DNA of 64,000 bases, from positions 8,680,001 through 8,744,000 of the forward strand of contig JBHGNT010000017.1 in NCBI GenBank assembly GCA_043228905.1. Direction: 5' to 3'. Numbering within the stretch: position 1 is the first letter of the stretch; the number at the start of each line of letters is the position of its first letter. Made by a program: the position numbers and the translations under genes. The stretch is from Azolla caroliniana (taxonomy: Eukaryota > Plantae > Polypodiophyta). Shown here one piece after another: positions 1 through 14,764 of this stretch. The notes beneath the pieces were generated by a model. The model was not told the origin of the DNA, made no database searches, and saw only the letters and a program-made list of their open reading frames with translations.

Positions 1-582
1 CCGCCACCTTTGTTCTCTTCGGTCTCACGTTGCCTTTCGAACGCAACTGCCAAACTCCCTAGAATTAGCGGTGGGAAAGTCTCGACACGGCCATTCTCCA
101 TTGACTCGTCCATAGCCACCTCCGACTCGATGTCTTCTTTCGTGGCTACCTCTATAGACTCATGGGCCTCGTACCCATTAACCCTCTTGATCGAGCAAGC
201 CTCGATTATGCTTCCCTCTTCGTCGCATGTATTAGTTTCGACCTTTGGCTCCTCGCCGACAGCTTCCGTCTCTTGGGTCTCACGTTGGTTCTTAGACGCA
301 ACTACCCAAGTCTCTAGAGCAAGTGCGGAGAAAATCTGGCCATGGTCGTTGTCGACGCTTGTTGTCTTGTTCATTGTCACCTCCTTGATGTCGTCTTTAG
401 CGTCTAGATCCTCAATTACGCTAGCCTCACAGTCTTTATCTCCATTGACGCAAGCTTCGATTAGGCTTGCTCCTTCATCATCAGATGTTTTGAACACGAC
501 GCTTGTTTTGAAACATTCATCCTCCCTCGAAGTGGCCTTCTCCGTCCTCGAGTCATCATCAATCTTCTTTTCATGTAGGTTG

Positions 583-912
583 TGTCACGGATCATAAACT
601 CAAGAGACAAGCAAGAAGATAACCAAATGGACAAGAAATAAGATAGTATTAAAGGAAAGACTCCATAACTGGTGTTGTTCACCTTGAATTCCTTCAAGGT
701 GAACTCCTCTATTTATACTACATGGCATGCATACTTGTTGCACGCATGTGAATCTACAATAGAGCATGTAGGTATGCATGCATGTGCCAAGTGTAAATAC
801 TACAAGGGAGCAACTATGCACATGATGTGGTCCCTAGCAAAATAATAAGGACCAATTACATACATAACTAGTACTAGATATCTTGGTTAACTCATAATAC
901 TAGATTATAACA
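583..912. mobile_element. Probable solo LTR inserted in the gag region
   Basis: TGTCAC...TAACA termini; interrupts coding-like sequence; GGTTG occurs on both sides (578-582, 914-918) but with a 1-nt offset. Confidence 0.4.
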
Positions 913-2332
913 TGGTTGTGTCAAGAGTTCGAATCTTGACAGGTTGCTTTGTTTAGGCGGCTCGACTTCTTTAGATGATCTTGTTTTTTCTATGTTTGAC
1001 CTTACCAAGTCAATGTCATCAAGCCATTGATGACGCCTATCGATCTTGTTGCATGCTCTCTTCACTGCAACCCAGTCTGTCACAAGCCCGTTCACTTTGG
1101 TATCATCTTCGAGGAGAGTCCCCAATTCTCATCTATCCTTCATATCCACAGCTTTCAGGAAGTACAAAGTCTTCTCCTCCTCAAGCAACACTTGGTCCGT
1201 GTTAGGGAGACGACGAAACATCTAGTCAAACTCATCATATACCCTCTAGGCGCTCATCTTCTTATTTTTCTTTTCTATCCACTTCATCAAGACATGTCGG
1301 GTCATCCTCGACAAATCTTCCATCTCAAACTCCACTAATATTGCTCTTTCAAACTCTGACCACGTTGTCTTCCTTTCTTGAAGCTCGATGACCCATCTTT
1401 GGACGTTGTTGGCGGCAACTCGCCTGAAACTCGAGATTTGACATGCTTCAGACACGTCCCTTTTGTATACATCCAGGAACTTCATAATGTTCCTTCCTTC
1501 AAATTGACCCTCGACCTCCACGACACGGTTGACGACCTTCTCCACGCTCGCATCGTTGTCCCGAGATCTCATCATTTGCTCAAAGATTATCATCATTCTT
1601 TTGAACTCTCCCACTTGATTGCTTGAGGATGCCATCTCCAAGTATTGGTCGATCCTCATCTTGATCCTTCCTACCGCTTCTTCACGTCGGGTTCACCAAG
1701 TAAGATGTCGAGGAAATCCTCGCATGTTCGCAAAATGAAGTGGGACCACTGGGGTCATGGACCGGAAGGATTCGATGTTTATAGCAGCGTACACGAGAAA
1801 GTATTGAAGATAGATAGATGGATGAAGAGAGAGAGAGAGAGATTGGGATAGAGATTGAACCCTTGACTTTAGTTTTACGAGACAGGATACATCACCATTA
1901 GGATAACTCAGATCTTTGATTAAAAGTGTTTTTTTTTACTTACATCACTTGCCCCCCCTTACACAAGCCCAACTATAGGCTTTTATAGGTCTCTCCATGC
2001 AAAAACCATGGGCTAAAACCACGGGCTAAAACCATGGTTTTCTACCCACGATTTCTATATGTTTGCTTCCTACAAAATACTGAATAGGAAAAGAAAATAT
2101 ACAAATTTTAAAGTACTCAGTAGTGGCTTTAGTGGTAAATTAATTTGTCTCCTATCTTGGAGGTGCAAGGTTTAAGCCTTACTTCCACCCCTATGTATGC
2201 ACTTAAATGTTACTAAGCTTTAGTCTTATTTTTATATTTACAATTGAGCGCACATCACACGTGCACTTGTTTAACTTTACATCTAGCTTTTCTTTTACGA
2301 TTCTCATTTCAGTCCTATTTACAACATGCTGG

Positions 2333-2465
2333 CATAGTTCTAGCTATACGTCCCATTCGTGCCATACTCAAACGCCAATATTCGTATCATACTCATACGT
2401 GAAAAGGCTTCGAGTATGATTGAAATCCATACGCGGTACATAGATATATACATATGGTGTACATA

Positions 2466-2519
<54 letters not shown>

Positions 2520-2910
2520 TACCTAAAAAGAGAGAGAAAGAGAGAGCATGTGTGGTCTAGAGAGAGAAGCCCTGTTTTGCATGTGTGAGGAGACAGTGGT
2601 TTGAGTGTATATCTAGACTCTAGAGAGAGAGAGAGGAGCTATGGGGTTTGTCTGTGTGAGGGAGTGTGAATATTAGATATCTAGATTTTGTAGAGAGAGA
2701 AGATATGTCAGTTCTCTTGTGTGAGAGAGAGGGTGTGTGTGTGTCAAACGTGACTTCTATTTGCAAATAACGATGAATATTAGAAATAAAAAACCCCTAA
2801 AAAAACCCCCCCAAAAAGAAGTCAAACGAATATTGCATATCATACGCGTATGTTTGCAAACGTTCGCTTACGTCCAGTAAATGGGACGTACGCGAATATT
2901 AGGAACTATG
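2333..2910. mobile_element. hAT-like MITE containing (TG)n/(AG)n microsatellites
   Basis: TIR CATAGTTC...GAACTATG, subterminal inverted TACGTCCCATT/AATGGGACGTA, degenerate 8-bp TSD CATGCTGG/CATGTTAG. Confidence 0.6.
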
Positions 2911-3021
2911 CATGTTAGCATATGCATGTGGCCTTCACACCTTTCACATGTGCACATTGCACCTTCTCGATTTCGTTTGTTGCACACAATTTACACACCG
3001 TTGCCGAAAATCTTCACGACA

Positions 3022-3164
3022 ACGGCCTACCGGTTCACACTTGAGCCCGACTCTCTGATTCGGCTCTTGGTCCTGGATACTGATCTAATCCATCCGTTCC
3101 GGATACGATCCGGTTCAAAGCTTGTTTTGTCGATCCGGATCTGGTTGAGCTTGTTCGCTCAACA
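3022..3164 (-). mobile_element. Copia LTR fragment related to the LTR at 43649
   Basis: Minus strand begins TGTTGAGCGAACAAGCTCAA, compared with TGTTGAGCGGCAAGCTCAA at 43649. Confidence 0.5.
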
Positions 3165-3649
3165 CTGTTAAACCTTGTTAACATGACATCGATGACATTA
3201 AATCACATAATCTTTTGCATCAAGATGCATTGTAGGCCAAAATAATTGAGTAGAGATAACGACAAGTGTATGATGTATCCCAGGATGCCCTATTGAGGGT
3301 GCATCATGACATTTTAAAAAGGATTTTCTTTTTCACCATATGCAAATTAGAGACACAAACCTTTCCATTATGGTAGAGCAAACCGTTTGCAATGAAAAAG
3401 GTTTTTTTAGAAGATGAAGTGTTTACGACATTTGCTCAAAATTCAACTCTAACCTAGAATTTTTCAAAAGAACAATCATCAAGGTACCTTCCTCGAAGAT
3501 GTTCATACATATAAGATTAAAGTTTAGTAAAGCTAAGCATGTGAACTTCATTAATATGACTCAATGAATCAACGACTCTGTTCATGGATCCTTTACGATA
3601 TCATATAGAAAAATCAAAGCCTGACTAAGTTATGCCATCATGCATTACA

Positions 3650-5200
3650 ACCCATGAGGTCTTGTTGGTCACAACAATATTTCAAGGATTGGTTGTCCAT
3701 AGTTACCACAAAACAATTTCCATATAAGTAATGTATCCATGACCTAAGAGTTAAGTGCATGTACTATTGCAAATAGTTCTTTTTTCTTGAACAAAGTATG
3801 TACCAATATTGAGTAGGAGTTTCTTACTCTCAAATGTGACAGGTTTGGCATCTTGATACAAAACTACCCCTACTGTATAATCACTTGCATCCATCTCAAC
3901 CACGTAAGGTTTAGATGGGTTTGGTAAGAGAAGTGAAGGAGCCTAGCACACATGTTCTTTGAATGTTCTAAATGACTCATCTAGATGATCATTCCAAGGA
4001 ATCAGTTTTGTAGACTTGCACGTTTGACCTTTTTAAAGGTTTGTAAATGGTGTCATAATTTGGAAGTAATTGCAGATAGATTTTTGCAAGAAACCCACAA
4101 AACCTAAAAATGAACGTAGTTATCAAACTTTTCAAGGAGTAGGCCATAGTTTGATTTTCTCTATTCAAGAAGGATAAATTTGTATATCTTGCTCAGTGAT
4201 CAAATGTCCAAGACAAGTAATTGACTTCCTAAAAAACATACATTTTTTGTCACATAATGTTTGAATAACAAAACGGAGGTGTTTACCATGTTCATCTAGT
4301 GTACGACTATAAATAAGAATATCATCCAAGAATACAACAATGCACTATTCGAGTTGATTTTGAAACATATCATTCATTTCTTGTTAGAATGTGGCCAGAA
4401 CATTCATCAAACTAAAAGGCATAACTAGAAACTCGTAATGGCCATAACGTGTGTGAAATGTTTACTTTTGGAATATTATTTTTGGCAATTCCAATATGGT
4501 GATAGTTAGTATCAATGGATGTGAGACTCATAATATATTAATTGATCGTTGTTATTTGATATACTATATATTTGGAGATCAAGGTCAAGGACACAATGAC
4601 ACGTTGTAGATCAAGAAGAATAAAAAAAAGATGCAAGGTTTGACATATTGAATAAACTATTGAGAATCATTTAATAAGAACGATATTGGATGGTTCACCC
4701 AATCAATGGATAAAGAGGAATTCTTATTAAAAAACCATGGATAACAAAGTATTACATCAATGGATGTGAGACTCATAACGTGAAAGTCCAGTTTTTCCAC
4801 ATAGATATCTACATGGAATTTAGCAATTATGTATTGACCTCTTCCATGTGCTAGATGAACTTGCTAAGTGTGATCACTTAGACTTGGCTGAAGTCCCAAC
4901 ATCTGAACCAAACAATCATTGATGGAATTATGTGAGCTACGAGAATCAAATAGAAAATATATCGAAGACCCTTTGGTATGTCCTTTAGAACGAAGCAAAT
5001 CATCAGGCCCTAGTACTTGTGGTGGAAAAGAATATAGATAATTGCTTAGATGTTGAGTGTGAACCTCATGAATATCAAGTAACTGAACTTTGTGGTCACC
5101 AATAGTCTTGCCATTTAATTCAGACACCTTTCATTGGTGCTTTTGACATTGCTCCTTTGTATGACCCTTCTTTTTGTAATAACGACATGTAGGTATTGGT
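3650..5200 (-). pseudogene. Highly decayed chromovirus-like Gypsy PR-RT-RH remnant
   Basis: Minus-strand motifs FLFDSRSSHN (protease), TRYGHYEFLVMPF (RT, ~4400-4460) and VVEMDASD (RNase H, ~3880-3903), with many stops. Confidence 0.65.
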
Positions 5201-5246
5201 CACTTAGAGTCATATGAGTGATTAAGTATATCGAAGCTTGGGGACG

Positions 5247-5692
5247 AAAAGATAACATTTGTACCATCATCCGAACCACTTCCAACTTTCTTAATTCCCT
5301 TCTTAACCCTAGTGTCACTTGGGTGCAAAGCTTTAGATATACTCTTTCATTGTATGATCAAGATTGTCCTGGATGATGAGGGACAAGAAAGTGCATCGAC
5401 CGGTTCCCATCTTTCTAGGAGCTACACATTAAGGAAAACATGACATACGCTAAAGACAACATTCGGGAAAAGATAACATTTGTACCATCATCCAAACCAC
5501 TTCCAAACTTCCTTAGTTCCCTTCTTAACCCTAGTGTCGCTTGGGTGCGAAGCTTTAGATATACTCTTTCATTGTTTGATCAAGATTGTCCTAGATGATG
5601 AGGGACAAGAAAGCGCATCAACCGGTTCCCATCTTTCTAGGAGCTACACATTAAGGAAAACATGACATACGCTAAAGACAACATTCGGGAAA
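5247..5692. repeat. Tandem duplication, 2 x 221 bp
   Basis: AAAAGATAACATTTGTACCATCATCC starts at 5247 and at 5468; the copies are near-identical. Confidence 0.9.
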
Positions 5693-5970
5693 AAACCCAA
5701 GTGAACATGGACTCCACGAACTCGAGGACAAAAAAACTGACTACATGCAATCAATTCAAAAAGTCCCATTCGAATTGTGGGAGATGTAAAAGCTCTTTTT
5801 TAACATTGGGGTGGGTGGGGGGGCATTTCTGCTTCTGGTCTTCAAAAGTAGTTGGAAGTTGGGCTATTTTGCTTTTGGGTTCGTGCACTCTACTCAATTG
5901 GCTCTTCCATAGATCCAGAAGAAAGGAAAGATTGGATTGAAAGGAATGAAGACGAAGAAAGGTTAATGCC

Positions 5971-8900
5971 ATGGGCAGGCCATTCAAGTCTATGATGTCT
6001 TTAGGATGTAATAGGATCCCAAATCTGGTTTGGATTGTTGCTTTGCTCCTTTGGCTGGGTCTCACTACGTCTCGGTATTATTCTAGATCTCAATTCGCTG
6101 AGCTTCAGAGCCCTTGGATCTTCTTTCCACCCACCAGGAATGGTATCTTCGAAAGACTCCATTGGGAGAATGGTACAGATGCTATGATCCATATGACGAT
6201 CCCCCCATCACCATCTCCTCTGCAAAGAAATAATGGGCTTTCTTTGCTTGGAGATGGCTTCAGCTTGAACGGTACATTTGATTATGGCAACCACTCAGAT
6301 TTTGGCAAAGCAGCTGAACATTACCTTGTTGTTGCTAATGATGTTGATGCATTTCAACAGTCTAAGAGATTGGAAGATGCAAACAAGGACATAGAGTTTC
6401 GTGTTTACGAGAATAGATCAAAACATTGTGCATTTGTTGAAGAAATGGGTCTTGCTGCAGCTGGAAATGTAGTCTCCTCAAGTCAAAGATTTCGAAAGTT
6501 GATCAATACTTACTTTTCTGAATATGGTAACATGTCGTGGTGGTGCCCCTCTCTCATATCACAAATGCATCATATTCACATGCTATGCAAATGCCAATTT
6601 AAGTTTAGTTCTAAGATTCTGAATGCAGATCAAATGTCACTTTTTTGAATATGGTAATGTGGCATGATAATTGATCTTTATTTGTTATCAAGAATTCCTC
6701 GTATGCGCATATAAATGAAGTATTCAATTATATATGACTTCCTTGGAACCAAGTTCTGTCTGGTATTAAGGTTTAAGATTCCGAAGATCTACCGAATGTT
6801 GATAATGTGGCAGGGTAACTACTCTCTTCCTTTCCTGCCACAATGCATTGTGTACATTTCTAAAGATGGTCAGACATATCTGTCTACATGTACAGGGTTC
6901 TATCTAAAAGTCATTACATGCTCGACTTCAAGATAATCAAGTTGTGCTTTGAAGTGTATGCATGTCTTCTTTGCGGTTGGATGATGCTACATGTGTATAT
7001 TATTAAAAAATGAACTTTGATAGTTGAATTCCATGTAATTAAATGAGATGTCGTAGAAAAACCATGATATCATCTAGGGGTCCTAGTTTGGAAAGCTTCC
7101 TAATAGGTTTGGATATAACTACATTAGGGTGTTATGCTTGTACTGATAAGAATAGGATGAGGTCATTATACTCTCTTTTTTATGCATTGCTGGCATGCAT
7201 CAGCTTTCCAATAGACTGGAAATGGATGCTTATCAATTAGAAAATTGAATATTATTTTATTATGTGTTTTAGCTCTACTTTTGAAATGCTTTAGCTAGGT
7301 TTTGATGTAATTGTGAATAAGCTGTAATTTATATTTGTTTACTTTGCCTTTTTTTAATTGCATCACAAATGTCTATTGCATTTCCTTGTTTAAGTTGGAC
7401 TGTTTTGGACTTAAAAAGAAATATTCTGATCAGGTGCTATTCGTGTAAGACAATTGCAAGCAAAGGATTTTTGTAACAGAGGTTTTGTATTTGGAAGAGC
7501 CGGAGAGGATGGGCTGGGAAATGATATGTATCGAATTCTCACTGCTGCTGGACTAGGCATTATGTTGAATCGCTCTCTTATTATTGGTGAACATGGGTAT
7601 GTATTTTGTAAGTTTGTAAATATGTTGGGTTTCCATGGATCGACGTAGCGAATTGAGTTTTCCATTCCAATTCTTAACAGCTCAATGCAGATGCAAACAT
7701 AATGTTACTTTGGCTTGCTGTAATTCATATTTTTAGCAGAATAGATTAAGATGTGCAGTTTATGGTTTCTAACTTTGGGTAATCATGCAGGTCAGTAAAT
7801 CCTGCATACTTTGGACTGCCTGGCCACATACGACTACCATTTGGAGACTATTTAAAATATTCTAGCCAAACATTTTCTATAAGTGAGGTGAAATCGCTTT
7901 GGGTAAAGCACAACTGCACAGGCATGTTCGGAAGACCCCTTATAATGAGGATAGATGATTTTCAAAAGCCAACTCGAACCAAGGTTGTCTGTGAAGACTG
8001 GACAACATGGAAGCATCCTATTATTTGGTGAGCTCATTTTCTATTTTGGATGCTTGTTGAAGATCTTTGTTTGTATGCTTAGAATTATAGTACATTTAAA
8101 CTTTTGTTTCAAAGAGCAGAACTCACATCGGTTTGAGTAGATCAATAAGTTGTTGCAATATTCCCGTTACAGACTTACTTGACTATGAAATTTATGCGTG
8201 TTATCAATCCTTGTCAGTCAGCATGGACTCATCTGGTGAAGGGGCCATGATTTCTGTGGTTTGGCTGCAGGTTCAAAGGCACAACTGATAGCAATGCACT
8301 CCAGTTCTTTTTGAAGAATATGCATCCTACGATGCATTCCTCAGCGGCGTTATTGTTTGGAAATACCTCTAAACCCGATTCCCGGCCAAATGTGTTTGGA
8401 GAGCTCTTCAAAGCTTTCATTTCACCTATGCCAGTTATAGATGAAGCTGTCCAATGGGTACTACAAGGTGCTCCAAATCCTGATTTGTCAGTTCATCTGC
8501 GGATGCTTAATAGCAGGTCAGTTAATCATTGACGGATTTCTGTATTTGTTGCAGTTTATTTGCATCCTTAAATTGAATTTTCTAGCTCGATGGGTTTCAT
8601 TGGATAGGGCTAAGGCTCCTTCTTATGCAATGTGTAACTGTATAAAAAATGTGGCGAAAAACATGTTGGACAAAAGTGCTTCATTACAGGTGGTTGTAGT
8701 AACGGATACACCTTCTGTTATCAAACATCTTGAGGAACACCTGGAAGGTTTTGCCAAGGTTCTGTCAATTAAACTCCTCACATACTTCAACATAACTCTC
8801 TTCAAATTCCTTTTAATCACAGATTTGATGATTTACACAGGTTATACATTTCAATTACCAATCATTCATAAATTCATATCACAATCTTAGCAAAGTCATG

Positions 8901-9897
8901 GCAAAGACTTATTTTCAGGTGAGTATTTATTCAAATATGTTTGATGATTTGGTGATTGCATGGCTTGAAGTTTTCTCTCATGGAGAAAAAAAAAAACTAT
9001 TTATGTTTGCTCTAGCCACCTGAGAAAAGAGTAAAGGATTGGGGATCTATGCCAAGATGGGTAGCCATCGTGGACTTCTTTCTAGCTGCAAGGGCGAAGA
9101 GTGCTGTAATATCTGGTGCAAACAGACGTGTGGGTACTACTTATGCTCAGCTCCTTGCTGCCTTAACAGCAGCCATGAGAACAGGTCATCTTTTGTAAAC
9201 AAATTCTGATTATTGTCTATGTAGCTGTCAAAATTACATAGCAGTGTCTCTTCATGTGCCTTATCACTTAATAATAATGTCATTAGAATATGATAAATGA
9301 TGCCTTCTTTCATCATAATAATGTCATTAGGATCTGATAAATGATGCTTACTTTCATCATTAAAAATACATAGTGCTCAACAAAGCTTCACGTTCCTGCC
9401 TTAATGGCCAATGAGGAAGAGAGAGTGAGAACAAGGAAAAATTGGAAAATATAGAAATTTTTATACAAAAAGAACTAATCTCTGCATATTATCTGATTGC
9501 AAGTTGGGGTTGAATGTTTGCAGGTGATGATGAACAAAGAGACAATGCAACGTTTAATTTTTATAGTAGTTTCCAGTCCTCACTCTTAGTTGAAGGTCTA
9601 GAAGGACAGAGGGGGTGGGGCCATACATGGCGGCGTTTCGGAGGCTATAAAAGTTGCAAGAACCAAACAAGGCAGTGTGCAGTAACACCATTGCTTCCAT
9701 ATGCATGGTGGGATGCACCATGGGAGTCCCCTGTACCTCGTGATATTCAGAGGATGTTGGCATATGGTATCAAAGTCTCAGATTCAGGACAAGTTGATGC
9801 AGATTACCTAACCAGAACTTGTGGCTCGAGGAAGGTCCCGATTGAGACTATTCAGCTGCGGCTACCTTCATGTCAAAAGTTGAAGTTATGTCATTGA
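5971..9897 (+). CDS. Host gene, 8 exons (5971-6526, 7434-7596, 7791-8027, 8271-8516, 8608-8758, 8841-8918, 9016-9184, 9524-9897), 657 aa; type II membrane protein, At3g26950-like, putative fucosyltransferase-like GT-B enzyme
   Basis: All introns are GT-AG with consistent phases (1974 nt spliced). N-terminal hydrophobic anchor; motifs GLGNDMYRILTAA, DLSVHLRM, KDWGSMPRWVAIVDFFLA, GTTYAQL. Family assignment is from memory. Confidence 0.85.
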
Positions 9898-12299
9898 GAT
9901 GCCGTTCGAAACTGCATGGATATCTGATCTTTCTGCCTCCCTTCATCTAAGAAGTTGAAGATATGTGATTGACTTGAAATCCGAGAGCCACCCTCATACT
10001 TCCTTCAGATATGATATATTTTGCTTTAAAAACTAGCTTTTCCAATTTCCCGCCGCTACAGCTATAACACCAGGTTGTTGACGAAAAGCAGAAGTCATCA
10101 GATTTAGTCAATGGAGCAAGAGTTTTTCTCATGCTTACCTTAATCACGTTATGCTTTTGATGATGCTGATTTTATTTAATTTTCAGACATGTTAAAATTT
10201 CAAGGATGAGAATGCCACTTAACAAGAAGACATGAGGGGATCAGAACAAATGGACAATGATTGTATTTGTATGAAAGCATAAACGGAATGCTAAGGATAT
10301 CGAGTGGTAGTATGGTACCCACAACTATGGTCTGAAGAGGTTGTCTAACTTGGGTTTCTTCAGCTCTCCAGTGAGTAGGATGGTGTGTGTAGCTTTCACA
10401 TCATTGAACATTCTTCTTGAAGGCCTATGGACTCATTTTTTTCACACCTCTCTATGGAAAGTTGGATGCTGTCATCGATTTTGGCAACTGGACGAAGCCA
10501 TCTAATGTCGATGTGGTATATCTTTTATATCTACATTGAGAATGTACACCCCCTTCTTGTCCCATCTACTTTCCCATGGGTTGTAAATTGTAATAAATTG
10601 CCATCTATGCATGTACATAGATAAACCATGCTGTGAACCTCATGAGCCAAACAAAATTCACTTCTAATTTCAAAAGATGTCAAAGTCTAATGCTTTTGTT
10701 ATGATTATCCCAAAACATGGAGTTGCATTTGAAGGTGGTGGTTACATCAATCGGTACGTTGAATTATTTATGACATGAACTTTGTTTGACTGTACATGTT
10801 CAAACATTTAGCTACCATGCTCACAATAGTTGCAATACATTTTCATTGTGAAAAACTCATGATAGAAAAGGAATGCCTATCTTTGGAAAAAGGGAAGGGT
10901 TGAGATGCCAACAAGATATGTTGTGTGAGAAAGCATTTGATAGCCAATTTGTAAAGGACACAATCTAGACAAGGAGTGGCCATAACCTCTAAAACATGTG
11001 TAGTATTGTAAAAGTTCTCATGTTCAATGATTTTCATGACTCAATGTCGGACTAGAAGAACAAGTATTCTCCTACTAAGTAGAGGGTAGATGGTGTCTAC
11101 ATCATAGTGCATTCGCTGAGGGAAGAGTCAAGTGGAACTAAGAAGAAACGAAATGAAGTGTTTCAATTGTTAGGGTTCTAATATGCTAAGTAATTACCCA
11201 ATGAAGCAAGAATATTGAAAACATAACACCAATTAAAAGCATTATGAACAAATGAACACCTCATTGACTAACAAACTCTACGACCTCACCAAAGTAGTAT
11301 TTGATTGTCCAAAAACGAAGAAAAAAGTTGGTATCAATCTTTTTCCAAGGTTGGGATAGACGTGGTAATTTGAATCCAACAAACAAAAGAACAAAATACT
11401 CAAATAACAACTAAATAAAAATGGAAAAGAAAGTACCAAAGTTGTCCATCCACTTCAATAATAAATGCAACATCAAAGGGGCATAATAATACAATGAAAC
11501 TAAGTTACCAACCCACCTAGTATCTTACCTAGCCCTAAAAGAATTATTAGCTACTATTGTTAGCGGAAAAGGCGGCTCAAATATGCTCCCGTCTCACATC
11601 AAGCTATGAATGGCAGACGGGTCTATCCAACGACCCGAGAGCATGGTGCATACAAATAAATTTACAATTTAAAAAGTCGAGTTTTCACCAACCTTCATCG
11701 TCACAAGGCCTAGAAACCAAGTCACATACGAGTGTTTACTCTAGCAACCTTTCCTTCCAGTAAGTTGGTTATTCATGGAGTTTGGTAACAACCCAATCTA
11801 CATATGGAAACAAAATGAAACCTATCACATTTAAGTTTATATGTGAAAGGGCCATAAACAAGAACGAAGCCTGCTAATGGGTGATCTATAGGATTCCACA
11901 GAGTTGAAACAAATTGATTTTCTTGCCAACCAACTAAAATCACGACGATCCTCGCAAGAGGCAAACCACTCCCCATGGTCCCAACCCTTGGCTAAACAAC
12001 CAAACCGATTCTAGCTCCACAACATCCAACTCCTTATATATGAATTGGATACATACTTTAGCATCGGTGGATGACATTTTACCCAATAGGGAGAAGATGA
12101 CGTAATGATGATAATAACATTGTGGCATGTTTCAACCTTACACCTATCATAGCCACATATGGGCTAGAACAAGAGGAGGCACCCATGATGCCACACGCTG
12201 AATGCAACTAAAAATCAAAAAGCTAAATGGCTTGCCAAAATCCCAAGGGAAAACAATACCATTTACTATGCAAGTAGGCTCCAAGGTCACGTGCCTCAA

Positions 12300-13800
12300 A
12301 CCAAAATGCACAACCAACTTATTAGACATGACATGCGATGATTCAACCAAAGTCAAAGAAATCAACCTTGGCAATGATGAGCATCCCAAGCCAATGTTCA
12401 TTGCTATGAACCTAAGTTAAAGAGACGAAGAGTCCTCGATACACCTTTTAGAAGAGTTCAACAATGTCTTCGCATGGAGCTATGAAGACATGAAGGGAAT
12501 ACCTATTGAGGTTGTATCTCACAAAATCCCAATGATAATAGATGCATCGCTAGTCCGACAAAGACCCCAGTCAATGAATCCGCATTACATGCAACAAGTC
12601 AAAATGGAGGTAGGGAAGTTGTTGTCCGTGAGGAACATATACCCAATTGAACGAACCACTTGGGTTTCCCCAGTTATAGTCATACCAAAGAAAAATGGAA
12701 AAATTAGAATTTGTGTCGATTTACCTGCATGTCAACGTGTCCTATACATCAAGCACTTATTAGAAAGGGTAGTGGGCACAAAGGCATATCGTTTTATCAA
12801 TGGCTTCTCTAGGTACAACCAAATTTCAGTGGTACTTGAGGATCAACATAAAAAAGCATTCGCCACCAAATTTGGTACGTTCGCCAACAAGCAAATATCA
12901 TTCAACCTAATTAGTGCTTTAAGCATGTGTCAATGAGGTGTTGACCAAAACTTCACTTCCAATCTATGAAATGGCATGGAATCATATTTCGATGACCTAT
13001 ATGAACATTCAAATTGGAATTCCCACCTCCAAATACTATGCACCACGTTCGAGAAATGTAGAGAGTATCAACTCTCCCTTAATCCTTTAAAGTGCCAGTT
13101 CCAAGTCAAACACGGCCTCATCCTAGGACATGTAGTATTTAAAGATGGGATATCTATGGATGAAGCCAAACTCTAACTTATCTTGGAGATGCCACACCCC
13201 AAAACAAAAAAGCAATTCCAATGTTTCATGGGGCTATGGTAATACCAATAGTTCATTAAGATGTTCGATTAGAAAGCATGACCCCTCTATGGCCTACAAA
13301 TGAAATTTACATGGAGAGACAAATAAACCACCGCTTTTGGGTTACTTAAAGAGTTTCTAGCGACATCATCTATACTAAGATCACAAGAATAGAACAAGGA
13401 ATTCCATGTTCATACAGATGCCCCTCTTTTCACCGTCGAGGTGGTGTTGGCCCAATCAAGTGAAGGAACACTCAATTGCCAATTACATTAGCCAATCCCA
13501 ATTAACACAATTGAGCATAATTACTCCACCAAAAGAGAAGCACTTATCATGAACTACAAAGTAAAAAGTTTCAACATTATTTGGTGGCTTGCCACTTCTA
13601 TTTTTATGTTGAAAATTAGGCACGATTACACTTCGTCAAGAAGACACATGGTATGGGGCAAATTTCAAGGTGGATTGTTACCCTCCTTGAATTCGACTTC
13701 AAAGTAATAGTGTGGAAAGACAAAGGCCACATCCTCAATGACCATTTCTCACAATTTACAAGTGGCAACAAGGCCACTTGTAGTGAACAAATGCAATTAC
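12300..13800 (+). pseudogene. Decayed Gypsy RT-RNase H remnant, same broad lineage as the intact pol at 47452
   Basis: WVSPVIVIPKKNGKIRICVD, YFDD, FHVHTDA, RWIVTLLEFDF; stops and frameshifts. Confidence 0.8.
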
Positions 13801-14303
13801 TAAGGAATGCCCTCCCGTTCAACCATCCCCTCTCCCACCTAATGCTCCACCAATAGCTACCACCATTGGTTCACAATGCCACATCCCCTAAGGTAGTTGT
13901 TTGAAGAAGGTTTAAAGCTACAAGTTTCAATGTTGACACTGGTGGACCAATACCAACTGTCATATGGGCTACAACAAGCACTCGAACAAGGAGACAAGTG
14001 GGCAAATAAACCCAACGATCAATGTGCAGTCCCAATACCTTAGTTGTGAATTTGATTTCTACAATCTCCCTCTCCTCCTCACTTGATTGTATTCGTACTA
14101 TTTGGAAGTGCCCATTAAACATGAAGTCGATATCCTCCTCCCATAACTCTATAACGATAAAATGATGGTGTGCACTTAATTAACACATATCTAAAAATCC
14201 TAGACTACAACATCCAAACCTCAATTTGCATTTATGTACCTTTTGAGAATACTATTAGAATCAACCTCATTCAATGCACATCAATTTCACCAATATAACC
14301 ATC

Positions 14304-14764
14304 TGTAAAGAATCAAGTGTGATTCTGTGCAACGGAATAGATTAGAGATGTGTGTTATGTGTGTGTGAAAGAGGAGAGAGGAGAGACACAAGATAGATAG
14401 GAAAATAGAATACTCAAGATGTATATTGACAAGGAGTAGAGAATAGCAAGTACAAAGGTAGCAAGTACAAGGGTAATAGTATTACAAGGGAGATTAACCG
14501 ACACTTTACAAAGTAGGAGGGTGTTATATATAAGGTCACCCGCTCTCTACATTAAAACGCCCACTCTCTCTCTAGAACCTTGGGGAATGTGGAAACTCAT
14601 TAGTTATGGGGAATATGGAACTCATTAGTTATGTATCATAGAATCATATTCTATGACACATAGTTAATGTGTAGAAAGTAGTGGTGACTTTTGACCTTTG
14701 AGTGCTCATAGATTCTCAAAAGGTGTGTTCACACACTAGACTGGGTTGAGCTTGATTCTCAACA
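14304..14764. mobile_element. Solo LTR
   Basis: TGTAAAGAATCAAG...CTTGATTCTCAACA inverted termini with a perfect 5-bp TSD CCATC. Confidence 0.85.

Larger units (their letters stand above)
1..3021 (-). mobile_element. Degenerate Ty3/Gypsy element with tRNA-Trp PBS: putative 5' LTR 1706-3021 and gag remnants running off the window start
   Basis: Minus-strand PBS TGGTGAACCCGACGTGA at 1682-1698. Gag fragments 892-1125 and 1246-1659 resemble gag 17946-19103 (FEGRNIMKFL vs FNGEDISQFL; LLEDDTKVNGLVTDW vs LLEDRTSTTGLVSDW). The LTR start on minus, TGTCGTGAAG at 3021, equals the start of the LTR at 16987. Confidence 0.7.

Noticed and set aside
10-597. 195-aa Ser-rich ORF and many similar short ORFs
   Set aside because: Antisense shadows of TE coding sequence with no independent motifs.
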